NCBI RefSeq assembly: GCF_006345805.1
Contig: NC_042998.1
Span: 123,752,001 to 123,816,000 of the forward strand
DNA length: 64,000 nt
From: Octopus sinensis
Lineage: Eukaryota
Direction: 5' to 3'
Positions 11,934 through 23,664 of the stretch are shown one piece after another. Position 1 is the first letter of the stretch. Every line of letters starts with the position of its first letter. The position numbers and the translations under genes are program-made. Below the pieces are notes generated by a model. It was given only the letters and a program-made list of their open reading frames with translations, was not told the origin of the DNA and did no database searches.

Positions 11934-12500
11934 CATACATATATACATACATATATACATACATATATACATATATATATATGTGTGTGTATGTTTGTGT
12001 GTTTGTTTGTCTGAGAGAGAAAGAGAGTGCTCGTGAGTATGCGTGTATGTGTATGTCCAACTATTTCTCTACACTTATATATGTATCTAATTATCAATTC
12101 CTTTTCAGATTATACAACATATGCTTAAGATTTATGATTTAGCAGGTGTGTCGTTGTTTTGTAGGGGAGTAGATTTTTTTACAATAAACAGTTGATAGAG
12201 AATTCTCAGGTGTAATATACAAATAATGCATATAGTAGAGATATGTGAGGACAAGAATCTACATTGATTTTCTCCATGTAATATTGAGTGTATATGTGTT
12301 CAGGACTTCAAGTGTTCAAATAATCATAATCCAAACTAATCTTCCGAGCACTGAATTTAATCTATTAAATCCACATTGTTAATCTTAAATCACGTAGCGT
12401 TAACTCTTGGAACGGTAATTTGGATATAATTCTTCTCAACGCATCAGAATCGCTGTACTACAACACTGCAGAGTCTTCAGAGACGTTATATACACCACAT
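11526..12500. repeat. Perfect inverted repeat: 333-bp arms (11526-11858, 12168-12500) around a 309-bp microsatellite-rich spacer
   Basis: No mismatch found by eye, including a 7-A/7-T homopolymer; no TSD seen. Confidence 0.92.
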
Positions 12501-13814
12501 TCACTCACAGACACAGACACACACTGACGCACGCGCATACACACACACACACACTCGCACACAAGTATGACACACGTATGGACACGCACATATAATGCGA
12601 TACTAGTAAAACATATTAAATACATATCTTTTAAGTAGTTTGAACAGTATCTGATATATAATTCAATCTCCCGAGAGGAACGTATAGATGTGGTAGAGAG
12701 TCACCTCAGGGTTTCGCCAATAGTTGAACTGAGCAGCACAGTTCGAGGTGAAACGCAAAGAAGATGTGGAATGTTGATATAATAAACATATATATATATG
12801 TCTATATAAGGATCCATCTGTGTATGTACGTATATATGTGTGTATGTATAGATATACTTAAATAAATAAATAAATGCATATACATATACATACATTCACA
12901 TACCTACATACATTCATACATACATATACCACACTTCACACTATCGCTCATTAGCTCCATCGAAATACGCTCTAACATTATTATTCAGCCGCGGTAGTAA
13001 TTTACTCACAAGCAGCATCTTCAGAGCTTTGTCGCTAATTCAGTTCTTAACCGAATTGAAAACTGTTACCAGTTTTGAAAAGGAATGGTGCTTAGATACA
13101 TTTTGGCCTAAGGAATTGATATTTGGTCCAGTAGAAAAAAAGTTTACATCAAAATTTGTAGCAACGTTATAGGAGAGTAACGCCTTCTATTAAGTTTAGA
13201 TCTAAATAACTTTTTTATTTTAAAAGCAAAATATATTTATCTTAGCTTCAATGATAGAAGAAAGCTTGAGTAATTATTTTTCCCCCATGCTACAAAAAAT
13301 TGTATAAATAAGTTGTGAGGTAAAATATCATGAAAAATATACAAGGTAAAAAATTGGATTTAAGTATAATTAATTTTTTTTTTATTTTAAAAATAAGTTA
13401 TATTTTAATTAAGCTTAAATGATAGAGCTCACTTCGAGGAATTTCATGGTATTAATCTCATGCAATGAAGTTTTAAAAACTAAAAGTTGAGTATTCGTTT
13501 CTCAAATTTGAGGGTGATAATATATTGCAATATAGTTCTATATAAGGACTTTTAATATAAGTCACCGGTATCATTGAGATAAGGAAAATATTATCAACGA
13601 CATCGCTAGTTTGCAATTAGTTTAACTAATCTAATTTTTATTCTTTTAGATTTAAACTTTTTATTTTAATTCAATAATAACAATTCAATCACAAAAAGGA
13701 AAAAAAAAATATTATTTAGACATTTATTACATTTATTATTCAGTTTTCAATAAATCTTAAATTATTAATTCACACATTTTAATTAGCATAATAGTACATC
13801 CTAGAAAAACATGG

Positions 13815-14654
13815 ATTACATGGAAATATGCAAGCAAGAGAAATAATATTCTTAAGAATATAAATTTGGAAAAGTACAGGACAAGTTATAACCCTGGAAA
13901 CGTTCCGGACAAGTTATTACATCTGGTAAAATACAGAACAAGCAAAGTTTTACTTAAAATATCGCTGAGCATGAAATTTGAATATCAAAAATTATTGTAT
14001 TTTAATTTACAAAGTAACATTCTGATTTTAAAAAAGTTACCAAAATATTGTTAAAATATTGACACACTAGAATACTTAAAAATTGAGTACCAGAAGTACC
14101 AATACAGCTACAGTTTTATGCAAAGTAGAATAATATATATAGTAGACAAATTCATTATGTAAAAAATAAGTATTGGGCCAAGACTAAAAATGTGAAGACT
14201 TGGCAATAACTTAGGCCATACCTCAAGCTAATATTACTGCGAATTTGTTGTTATACGTAGATTTTACTATAATATATAACTGATTTTTGTATTATTCTAT
14301 TTATTGTACTAATTATATACTAAAATCTAATCTATTTTCAAATTTCTAATTACTAGTTAATAATTTAAAAAATGAATTTGTTTTAAAGTGCAAAAAATAT
14401 TTTGAGCTATTTTTATTTTTGATAGAAGTAACAAGTAACAACTTGTTATAAATATTTTAGTTTTAATAAAAGCTTATATTTTCTAAATCTAAATATTTTA
14501 TTTGAATCTTTATCCTTAGCTGCAATATTTTAAGTAAAAATTTTGTTCTGTACTTTATCGGATAACGTTTCTAAGTGTTATAACTTGTCCTGTACTTTTC
14601 CATGTTTCTAATCTTAAGAATATTATTTCTCTTGCTCGCATTTTCCCATCTAAT
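13815..14654. mobile_element. MITE-like element with ~90-bp imperfect TIRs and very AT-rich interior
   Basis: GCAAGAGAAATAATATTCTTAAGA...GGAAAAGTACAGGACAAGTTATAAC at 13834-13892 is inverted at about 14575-14637. Confidence 0.6.
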
Positions 14655-15297
14655 GCAAGTATTCATTGACTAAAGATCATGCATAAAGTTTTTTGACGTT
14701 ACCCACTGAATGAAAATGACAGGTGATTGCATCATAATATCACTCCATCGCCTGAGGCAATTTCCAAGTCGATCAGCTCGGCTCTTTGTGGATGAGTGCG
14801 TTTATTCGACTCTCTTTGAACTGTCAGCCTGAACGCGGAGTAACAACGAGATTAAATTTCCTCTCCCTGAGGTATGAAAACAATTTTTGTGCAATCTTCC
14901 ATCTCCTTACACACCACAAATGTTTCGATTGGGTTTGTCAGCTTTGGAAATTTGACTGACAGCGGTGAAATGCAGGTGTTAAAAATGCTCATTTTTCTCT
15001 ACTTGGCCGTCTATTAGCATGTCTTCAAACATTTAAGATGTATTCAAGTTTCAAAAACGATAAGCAAAAGTTGTAGAGGGAGCTACGTAAAAACAGAAAA
15101 AATAATCAAAATTTTCCATGTTAATTCAAGTATGAATGGAAACAAACGAACGAATTTATCTGATAACTTATTCATAATGAATGAAAATTGCATTAATCTT
15201 GTCAATCTAGAAGTGGAGCTCCTACCCGTGCGAACTTTCTTTGTGCTAGATATTAATATAGTTAGTCAGATTGTATGTAGTTTAGCTAGTTTAGTTA

Positions 15298-15321
15298 GTT
15301 AGATAGATAGATAGATAGATC

Positions 15322-15370
<49 letters not shown>

Positions 15371-15415
15371 GTAGGTAGGTAGGTAGGTAGGTAGGTAGGT
15401 AGGTAGCTAGATATG

Positions 15416-15471
<56 letters not shown>
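15298..15471. repeat. (TAGA)n/(TAGG)n/(GA)n compound microsatellite
   Basis: Directly visible. Confidence 0.95.
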
Positions 15472-15475
<4 letters not shown>

Positions 15476-17010
15476 GGACACATCAAAATTGTCTGATAAT
15501 TGCGATCCTGAAATATGTGTTTCTTAATGTAATGAAAAAAGAAGAAGCAAATGTAAATGACATATAACTAAAAACAAATAAACTACAGACAGAATATAAA
15601 AGTAAATTCATAGTTTTAATATGAAAAATAAACGTAAGAAAACTGCTTTCAAATATACAATTATGCAGAATAATGAAAGAATCTTTTTAGCTGAAAACTA
15701 AATTTGAGGAAAACCAAAATATTTTAGATGTAGAGAAATACTAAAAAGATATGTGTTTGGGGAGGAGGAATCGAATAGGAGGAGAAAGATAGAACATCGA
15801 GTAGAAGAATAAGAAAAGGCAAAAGTAAAATCTGGTAATAGTAAAAGAAGTAAAAGATAACTGGAATTGTTGGAAATGGTAAAGATAAAATATCATTAGT
15901 CTATGAGATATGATTATATATTTGTTGATTGTTTGCAAAGATATAACTTTGTTGGTATATGGGAATTGATAATATGGGAATATCGCAGGAAAGTGTGATG
16001 AGATTTGTGATAGATGTAAATAGGAAGTTAGGAAATGAAAGAAAGATTAGAGAGAGAAGGGAAGTAGGACGAATGAAGCATAATAGTAAGGAAATGGGCT
16101 GGGAGAGAAGGGGAGATAATATTAGAAGTGAAGTGAGAGAAACAGAATCAAGATTTTAATGAATGCAGGGTAAGAGGAATGAAGAAAACGGAGAATAAAC
16201 TGAAACAGAGAGAAAAAGAAAGTGAAAGTAGAGAGTGGGAGACAGAGTGAAATTGGTAGAGCGAAATAGATAAAAGAAGAAAAGTAGCGAGTGAGGAAGA
16301 AAGGACAGAGGAAATGCGTGCAATATCTGATAGAAAACATAAACTTGAAAATAGAAAGAGAAAGGAAATACTAGAGTAAGATGCCATGAAAAATAAAAGT
16401 ATACACGAGTGAGAGCGTGAGAAAAGAGAGATAGAAAGAGACAGCTGGATAAAAGAAATAAACAATTATGTGAAAAAGACAGGCGGTGAGCAGCGTGTTG
16501 GAATAACAGAATTGAAGTAGGTGTTTAATGAACAACATACAAGTAAAATAGCTATAAACTTGAAAGGAAGTTTTGAGACAAGATATAACTTGTCAAGAGA
16601 TAAATAATTAATTTCTATTATAAGAGCAACACATATTTACAGAGAATTTATTATCGAGTTTTCTTGACTAGATTTGATGTCTTTGTTGTTGACGATTAGA
16701 CGCATAGTGGTGATAAATTTAACTTTAAAGCGATAAGGAAATGTGCTAAGCAAATATTCAACAAAATATATTTGAAAATTTAATGATAAAAACATCTCAT
16801 ATGCATACTACATTTGAACTTTCCAAGTGGAATCAAATGCCGTCAATTATTGTTTTATGAAGCGATAAAAAGTGCTTTTTATTCGTACAATATTAATTTC
16901 TTGTGATAGATACATGAGATGAGAGGAATCGAACTCAGAAAATTAGTGCTTATGTCAAGAAAAATTAATAGTGTTGTGAATCGATTCATGAATATCTTTG
17001 AGGCTAAGTT

Positions 17011-17237
17011 GGTGAGCTGGCAGAATCGTTAGCACGCCGGTCGGAATGCTTAGCGGTATTTCGGCTGCCGCTACGTTTTGAGTTCAAATTCCGCCGAGGT
17101 CGACTTTACCTTTCATCCTTTCGGGGTCGATAAATTAAGTACCAGTTACGCACTGGGGTCGATATAATCGACTTAATCCGTTTGTCTGTCCTTGTTTGTC
17201 CCCTCTATGTTTAGCCCCTTGTGGGTAATAAAGAAAC
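17011..17237 (+). mobile_element. tRNA-type SINE family M (Meta-domain-like core), copy 1
   Basis: A-box-like GAGCTGGCAGAATCG; B-box-like GAGTTCAAATTCC; core GTCGACTTTACCTTTCATCCTTTCGGGGTCGATAAATTAAGTACCAG resembles the MetaSINE core as recalled. Confidence 0.8.
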
Positions 17238-17460
17238 GGGTGGTGAGCTAGCAGGAACGTTAGCACGCCGGGCGAAATGCTTAGCAGTTTTTTGTCTGCC
17301 GTTACGTTCTGAGTTCAAATTCCGCCGAGGTCGACTTTGCCTTTCATCCTTTCACGGTCGATTAAATAAGTACCAGTTACACACTAGGGTCGATAGAATC
17401 GACTTAATCCGTTTGTCTGTCCCCTCTGTGTGTAGCCCCTTGTGGGCAGTAAAGAAATAA
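17238..17460 (+). mobile_element. SINE family M, copy 2 (head-to-tail with copy 1)
   Basis: Same head, core and AGCCCCTTGTGGG..TAAAGAAA tail. Confidence 0.8.
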
Positions 17461-17661
17461 GAAACGTTAGCACGCCGGGCGAAATGCTTAGTGGTATTTC
17501 GTCTGTCCTTATATTCTGAGTTCAAATTTCTACCGAGGTCGACTTTGTCTTTCATCTTTTTGGAGGTCGATAAACTAAGTGCCAGTTGCATACTGGGGTC
17601 GATCTGATCGACTGGCCCTCTCCCCTAAATTTTCGGGCCTTGTACCTAGAGTAGAAAAGAA
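17461..17661 (+). mobile_element. SINE family M, copy 3 (5'-clipped, alternative 3' tail)
   Basis: Same core; the tail differs (GGCCCTCTCCCCTAAATTTTCGGGCCTTGTACCTAGAGTAGAAAAGAAT). Confidence 0.75.
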
Positions 17662-17699
17662 TGTCTTGGGGACTAATTTTACGGAGTTCAATGAGATCT

Positions 17700-18270
17700 A
17701 CTTACAGCTTAGGTAACTTAGGTGTTTCGAACAAAGATTGGCCTAGGCCATGTCTAACTTAATAGCGCCACCTGATAGGATTCGCTAAATCCTTTTAAAG
17801 TCAAGTTTTTTGGTATCATAGACAATTCAAGTTGGGAGTTCTTGTTGAGTGATTTGTATCCAGGTATAAATGGCTTATCTGATATCCTTTGTAGAAATTT
17901 GTTCAGAATCCGCTTAAAGGTGATGGAAACTTTTTCCCCTTTGATTTGACAATGTTAAATAAGGTGTTGTTATCCTGAATTTGGTAGGGATCATATAGCA
18001 TGTGGTTCAATCATTAGATGAATTCTGAAATTAACGCTAAAGTCGTTTGGGAAATGCTGGTGGCATATTCTCCACATTGTGCAAATGATTTATCGATCGC
18101 AGCAGCGCTAGAGAGAAAGCTGTTTCAATTCTTTAAGGCGGTCCCAGTAATCGAGATCAGTCATACCCTTTATTCTTTTAGTAAATGCCATCTGGAGTGA
18201 CCCGATTCTTGAAATGTTTTGGCTTTTATAGGGAGACCATAGAAGGGTGGCATTATTCTATGTATAGCCG
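17700..18270 (-). mobile_element. CR1-group LINE 3' end (family 1)
   Basis: Minus strand matches the 2827 and 22311 copies (FSL.RCCDR.II..MWRI..HFPNDF), with the shared 3' motif TCAGGTGGCGCTATTAAGTTAGACATGGCC. Confidence 0.75.
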
Positions 18271-18792
18271 TACAAAGGAGTAAAAAGGAGGAAGGAATAA
18301 ATATGTTTTAAAAGTCAATTTATTTTAGTACTTTATATTTCAATGTCGCATTATATATTTTTATTTACGTCATTGATATAAAGTGTAAAGCATAAATATG
18401 AATATTGTGATTATAAATGAAATAACGTTGAAATCTTGGACTCTGTCTGTGTGTGTTTGTAGTTTTTATTGGGAAACAGTTATGGTTTGAACATTATAAA
18501 ACTGGTCATTGAATATAAGTAGTTCTAATATAGAGAGGTAAAATGAATAGACTTCCTTCTTCTCCGTATATCTTCAGGAATGTTCCATATTCTAAATGAA
18601 GTGTATGTATGTATGTATGTATGTATGTATGTATGTATGTATGTTTGGCTGTGTGCTAAAAAGTTTGCTTCACAATCACATGGTTTCGGGTTCAGTCCTA
18701 TAAGCTGGCACCTTGATTAACTGTCCTATACTACAGTATTGGGCCGACCAAAGCCTTGTACGTCGATTTGGAGGACAGAAACTGAAAGAAGC

Positions 18793-19020
18793 GGTGAGCT
18801 GGCAGAAACGTTAGCACGCCGAGTGAAATGCTTAGTGGTATTTCGTCTGCCGTTACGTTCTGAGTTCAAATTCCGCTGAAGTCGACTTTGCCATTCATTC
18901 TTTCGGGGTCGATTAATTAAGTACCAGTTATGTACTGGGGTCGATGTAATCGACTTAATCCGTTTGTCTGTCCTTGTTTGTCCCCTCTATGTTTAGCCCC
19001 TTGTGAGCAATAAACACTTA
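18793..19020 (+). mobile_element. SINE family M, full length, inserted into SINE family C
   Basis: 16-bp TSD AGAAACTGAAAGAAGC at 18777-18792 and 19021-19036. Confidence 0.88.
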
Positions 19021-19081
19021 AGAAACTGAAAGAAGCCCATTGTATACACACACACACACATACATACATATATATATACAA

Positions 19082-19113
<32 letters not shown>

Positions 19114-19136
19114 TATATATATTATATATATATATA

Positions 19137-19936
19137 TACGAAGAAGTACCAAAACGTAAATAGAAACGGTCTCTGTGGGACAAGCCAGTTGTAGATCAGG
19201 ATTTCGTCGCTAGAAGCCACTTTATGTGATCCCTCATTCATCAGTCTGCCTACCGGTTTCATCGTATGTAGTAGTATTGCCACGTGGTGCGTCTTTGCTT
19301 TGCAGTGCTTCCTAAAACTGGGGGAAACTGCTGCCATGAGCAAAACACGAGTTTACGAGAGGTTTTCACGCTTTAGGAATGGTCACTTGTCACTTGAAGA
19401 CCAATCTTGTTTAGGGCGACCGTCGACCATCCGAAAGAATGAAAGCATTGCGAAAATTCATGACCTGGTCTTGAAGGAACGTCGCCGAACAATTGCCAAA
19501 CTTGTTAATGAGATTGGTGTGTCTGGAGCACCTGCTAACGGATTTTGAGCGAGGAAGCACGAATGAAAAGTGTTGCAACAAAATTTGTGCCTCGCTTGCT
19601 TACGGAAGATCAAAAGCAGTCGCGATTGCATGCGTGTCGTGAACTGAAAAAACTGTTAGAAATGACGTGAACCCTTTTTCAAAGTTCATCACTAGTGACA
19701 AATGCTGATGCTACGGAATTTGCAAATGTGGAAGTGATCGAGAAAAAAGGACGGAGGCGTTAAAAGCCATCACTTCGTACGAATTTTGGGATTGCTTCGA
19801 ACAGTGGAAAACTCATTTGGACCCAGGCATTGCTTCGAATGGAGAATACATTGAAGGCGATAAAAGTGTAAACATGTAAAACTAACTAAATAAAATAACA
19901 TTGCGAAATTTGCAGTTACCTTTGAGTACCCTCATA
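19137..19936 (+). mobile_element. Internally deleted mariner transposon with both TIRs
   Basis: TACGA..GTAC.AAA TIRs in TA context; transposase N-terminus MSKTRVYERFSRFRNGHLSLED..GRPST and KFVPRLLTEDQK; C-terminus CFEQWKTH...SNGEYIEGD. The catalytic core is missing. Confidence 0.88.
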
Positions 19937-20189
19937 TACATATGTATATATTTGCTTGTTTGTGTCTGTGTTTGTCCCACCCATCATCAATTGACAACTG
20001 ATTCGGTGTGTTTATGTAACCGTAACGTAGCGGTTTGGCAAAAGAGATCAATATAATAAGTATTAGGCTTAAGAGGAATAGGTCCTGGGGGCGATTTGTT
20101 CGACTAAAACCCCTTACGTTGGTACTCCAGCATGCCTGCTGTCAAGTGACTGAAACTAGCAAAAGAAGAAAAGAATGAAAGTATATATA

Positions 20190-20295
20190 TAATATAATAT
20201 AATATAATATAATATAATATAATACAATATAATATAATATAATATAATATAATATAATATAATATAATATAATACAATATAATATAATATAATAT
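20190..20295. repeat. (AATAT)n pentanucleotide microsatellite
   Basis: Directly visible. Confidence 0.95.
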
Positions 20296-20340
20296 GTATG
20301 TATATATATGTATGTATATGTACACACATACACACACACA

Positions 20341-20730
20341 TACAAGGAAAACGAGCGAAAACAAACATGGAGGGTCGTTAGATCAAGCGAAGGTAAAATA
20401 GCGAACGCTGGAGAAACATTCTCTCAGACAAGAGGAAAGATAGAAGAAAGAGACAGATAGGATACGTGCAGTTCCTACGACATCTGTGAAGGAAAAGAAA
20501 GATCATCACGTGAGGAAAAGAAAGATGGGCGATGGTCACGTGTAAGCAACTGATGAAGGGTCTTTCTTTATGTTACTTGTCCTGTTTTCCAATTGTTTCT
20601 CTCGTTGTTTATGTATTCAACTGTTTTATTTTCGTATTTCATGATGTTATTTATATTATTATTAATATTATTTTTATTATTTTGTTTTCGTATTTCATGT
20701 TGTTTACGGTTTGTGACATCCTCTACCCAT
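20341..20730 (+). repeat. Interspersed repeat family P (probable Penelope pseudo-LTR relic)
   Basis: Shares termini (TACAAGGAAA.C...; ...GACRTCCT(G/C)TACCCA) with 21781-22027 (inverted), 22150-22290 and 37682-37856. Contains CTGATGAAGGG. Confidence 0.5.
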
Positions 20731-20764
20731 ATATACTTATATATATATATATATATTTACAAAG

Positions 20765-20935
20765 GAAAAGTTTACGAAAATAAACAAAAGTCGAAGGCAG
20801 GTGGTGTACAAACAAACAGATGTATTAGTATAGCGCTCAGAAATAGAAAAAGTCTTTTACGTTTCGAGCCTACGCTCTTCTACAGAAAGGTACACAGAAA
20901 ATCAAGGAGAGAAAGAAATGTGTGTAGTAGCTAAC
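20765..20935 (-). mobile_element. Penelope-type pseudo-LTR fragment containing a minimal hammerhead-like motif
   Basis: Minus strand CTTT-CTGTAGA-A-GAGC-GTAG-GCTC-GAAA-CGTA-AAAG, then a pyrimidine-rich tail ending in a TA repeat. Confidence 0.55.
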
Positions 20936-20936
20936 T

Positions 20937-21018
<82 letters not shown>

Positions 21019-21479
21019 TATGTGTGTGTGTATACATATACATATATATATATATATACATATATATATGTTGTATGTATGTAGGTATGTGCATGTATAT
21101 AATATTGCGAAAACTGCTGCTGATACAAATTTAAGATTCCTGTATCAGTTGCTAACGTTATACAAATTTAAATGTGAACTACACTGAGGTAAGATCTTAT
21201 AAACTAAAACTCAGCAAACGCATTCGTGATTGCATGAACAATCTATGTAGCTAATTGAAAGACTATCTGTCAAGCTAAACCACTGCTTATTATTGTTGTT
21301 GATATTTTCCCTGTCTTTTCTAGATCCAAATCAAAACCTATTTCTCTTAGCTAGTCACCTGCATACTCCAAACAATTTGATATTTATTATTTGAGTTAAA
21401 ATCATCTATTTTGAAGATGAGTATAGTCAATTCAATCAACTGTCTATATTTAAATGACTCTTACCTTATCCAACTGGAG

Positions 21480-21690
21480 AGAATGAAAAACAAATTCTCT
21501 ATCATTATTGGTAAAAGTCCAGGTATTTGAGAAGGGAGCAGGTAAATCGATTATAGTCAGCAACTCGTACTTATTTTATTTCCTCCGAAAGGATGAAAAG
21601 CAAAGTCGACCGCGGGGGGAATATGAAGTCCAGGGAAAGCATACTAAACATTTCGTGGCGTACTAACGATTTAGCCTGCTCACCACCTTA
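21480..21690 (-). mobile_element. Decayed SINE family M
   Basis: Reverse complement contains GGTCGACTTTGCTTTTCATCCTTTCGGAGG and head GGTGGTGAGCAGGCTAAATCGTTAGTACGCC. Confidence 0.7.
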
Positions 21691-21780
21691 TACAAGAGGT
21701 GCTAAAATGCTCGTGATTTAACGGGTGTCGCGAGAGGTCTGGTTAAAGGTCCAAACTTCCGAGTTTATAGGGGTTAGACA

Positions 21781-22027
21781 ATATGTGGGTACAGGACGTC
21801 ACCAACAGTGTAAACAACATGAAATACAAACAAGTTAAATACGTAAACAGCAAGAGAATAAATAGGAAACAGGACAAGTAAGCACAGAGAAGGACTGGAT
21901 GTATTCTTCTCTCTCTCTCTCTTCTATCGTTTCTCTTTTCAAAGAAAATATTTCTCTCATGTTCACTATTTTCCTCAAGTTCTGGTCTAACAACCCTCCA
22001 TGTTTGCTTTCGTTCGGTTTCCTTGTA
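21781..22027 (-). repeat. Repeat family P, inverted copy
   Basis: Reverse complement of the two ends of 20341-20730. Confidence 0.6.
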
Positions 22028-22149
22028 TGTAACTAATGTCCTGATTTTGTTCCCAACTTTAACCCCCCATAAACCCTATATTTAATTTTAGAATTTATGG
22101 GAGCAACGGTCTTTTAAGACTCATATTGTCGTTGAATGCCTGAAATGAG

Positions 22150-22290
22150 GGGTAGAGAGACAGCCGACAACTGATGATGGGTCATTTCTCTGATAAAGGG
22201 TCATTTTCCACTTTTTGCTCTCGTTGTGTACGTATTTAACACGTTTGTCTACGTATTCCATGTTGTTTACACAGTTGGTGACGTCCTGTA
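22150..22290 (+). repeat. Repeat family P, 3' fragment
   Basis: CAACTGATGA...CATGTTGTTTACACAGTTGGTGACGTCCTGTA. Confidence 0.55.
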
Positions 22291-22310
22291 TATACATACA
22301 TACATACATA

Positions 22311-23232
22311 CAGACCGAAATCAACTCCAGTCTGATCTAAATGCTGTGAGTCAATGGGCAGACAGAAACAAAATGCAACTGAATGAGGGAAAATTTGAGC
22401 TGATGCATTTTGGAAGAAATTCCTCACTAAAACAACCATACTCTCTTCCTTCAGAGGAACCGCTCACAGCCTCTAACAATATCAGAGACCTGGGTGTAAT
22501 TGTTGATGACGATCTCAGTTGGAGTGCACACATCAACAAGAAGGTCGATATAGCTCGTAGGATGAGTTCCTGGATCTTAAGAACTTTCCGGTCCAGAGAA
22601 CAAGGTGTCATCATACCACTTTTCTCCTCCTTTGTACGGCCACTCCTTGAATACTGCTGCCCACTGTGGTCTCCCCATACAAGACAAAACATCTCCAGAA
22701 TTGAGTCACCCCAGAGGGCACTAAACGAATTGAAGGCATGGCTGCTCTCGATTATTGGGATCGCCTTAAAGCCTTGAAACTCTACTTTCTCCAGCGTCGC
22801 CGTGAGCGGTACATCATTTGTACGATGTGGAGAATATACCGCCAACTTTGCCCAAACGACCTAAACATTAGCTTCAAGGTTCATCCAAGATTGGGACCAC
22901 GGGCCATACGTCCCCTGCCCAATTCAAGATCACAACATACATGTACACTTCAACATAATTTCTTTTCCTCAAGAGGCTCTGCCCTATTTAACATTGTCCC
23001 GAGGGAAATCAAAGAGGAAAAGGATCCCATCAACTTTAAACGGAGTATGGATAGATTCCTTCAAAGAATACCAGATAAGCCACCCATAATTGGATACAAC
23101 TCACCCAACAAGAACTCACTACTTGAACAAAACTTGACTTAAACAGGATTCGAATAATCCTATTAGGTGGTGCTATTAAGTTAGACATGGCTTGGACCAA
23201 TCCTTGGTGGAAACATATCTAAGTTATCTAAG

Positions 23233-23236
<4 letters not shown>
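22311..23236 (+). mobile_element. 5'-truncated CR1-group LINE (family 1): RT C-terminus and 3'UTR
   Basis: ORFs 22226-22777 and 22738-23142: LQSDLNAVSQWADRNKMQLNEGKF, IRDLGVIVDDDLSW, VRPLLEYCCPLWSP, YWDRLKALKLYFLQRRRERY. One frameshift; (TCTAAGTTA) tail. Confidence 0.9.
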
Positions 23237-23320
<84 letters not shown>

Positions 23321-23631
23321 TATAAATATATATATGAGATTGCCTGACTGCCTTTCTGTCAGTATGTATGCGTATGGGTGACTGTTTTTTTATTTTCTCC
23401 TAAATATCGTTCTATCTATATACAAGCATACACACATATTTATATGGAAGCAAAGAGGTGTACGCGAACTCAAGCGCAACATGCAGTCATTTTTAAGTGC
23501 TTGCGCGAGAGCGTGTGTGTAATATACCCATCAATATCTACGTATTGATAATTCACTAGTATCCGAAATTTTGAGAATATCATTACATTTGCTTGCATAT
23601 GTGGATGTGTGTGTGCGTGCGTGCGCCTGTC

Positions 23632-23664
<33 letters not shown>

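Larger units (their letters stand above)
18647..20181 (+). mobile_element. tRNA-type CORE-like SINE family C with internal microsatellite, interrupted by a family M SINE and a mariner
   Basis: Head 18647-18792 and body 19960-20181 match the intact copy at 45751-46155. Confidence 0.75.

Noticed and set aside
12695-12770. Foldback TCACCTC..GAGGTGA with GAAAC
   Set aside because: CTGAGCA is not a hammerhead core; single copy here and no other support.
15740-16480. Long purine-skewed stretch with ORFs on both strands
   Set aside because: Looks like decayed (GA)/(GAA) low-complexity DNA with no periodicity or protein motif.
17011-17095. SINE heads as tRNA genes (also 45751-45825)
   Set aside because: A/B-box-like motifs are present but there is no cloverleaf, and they continue into SINE bodies.
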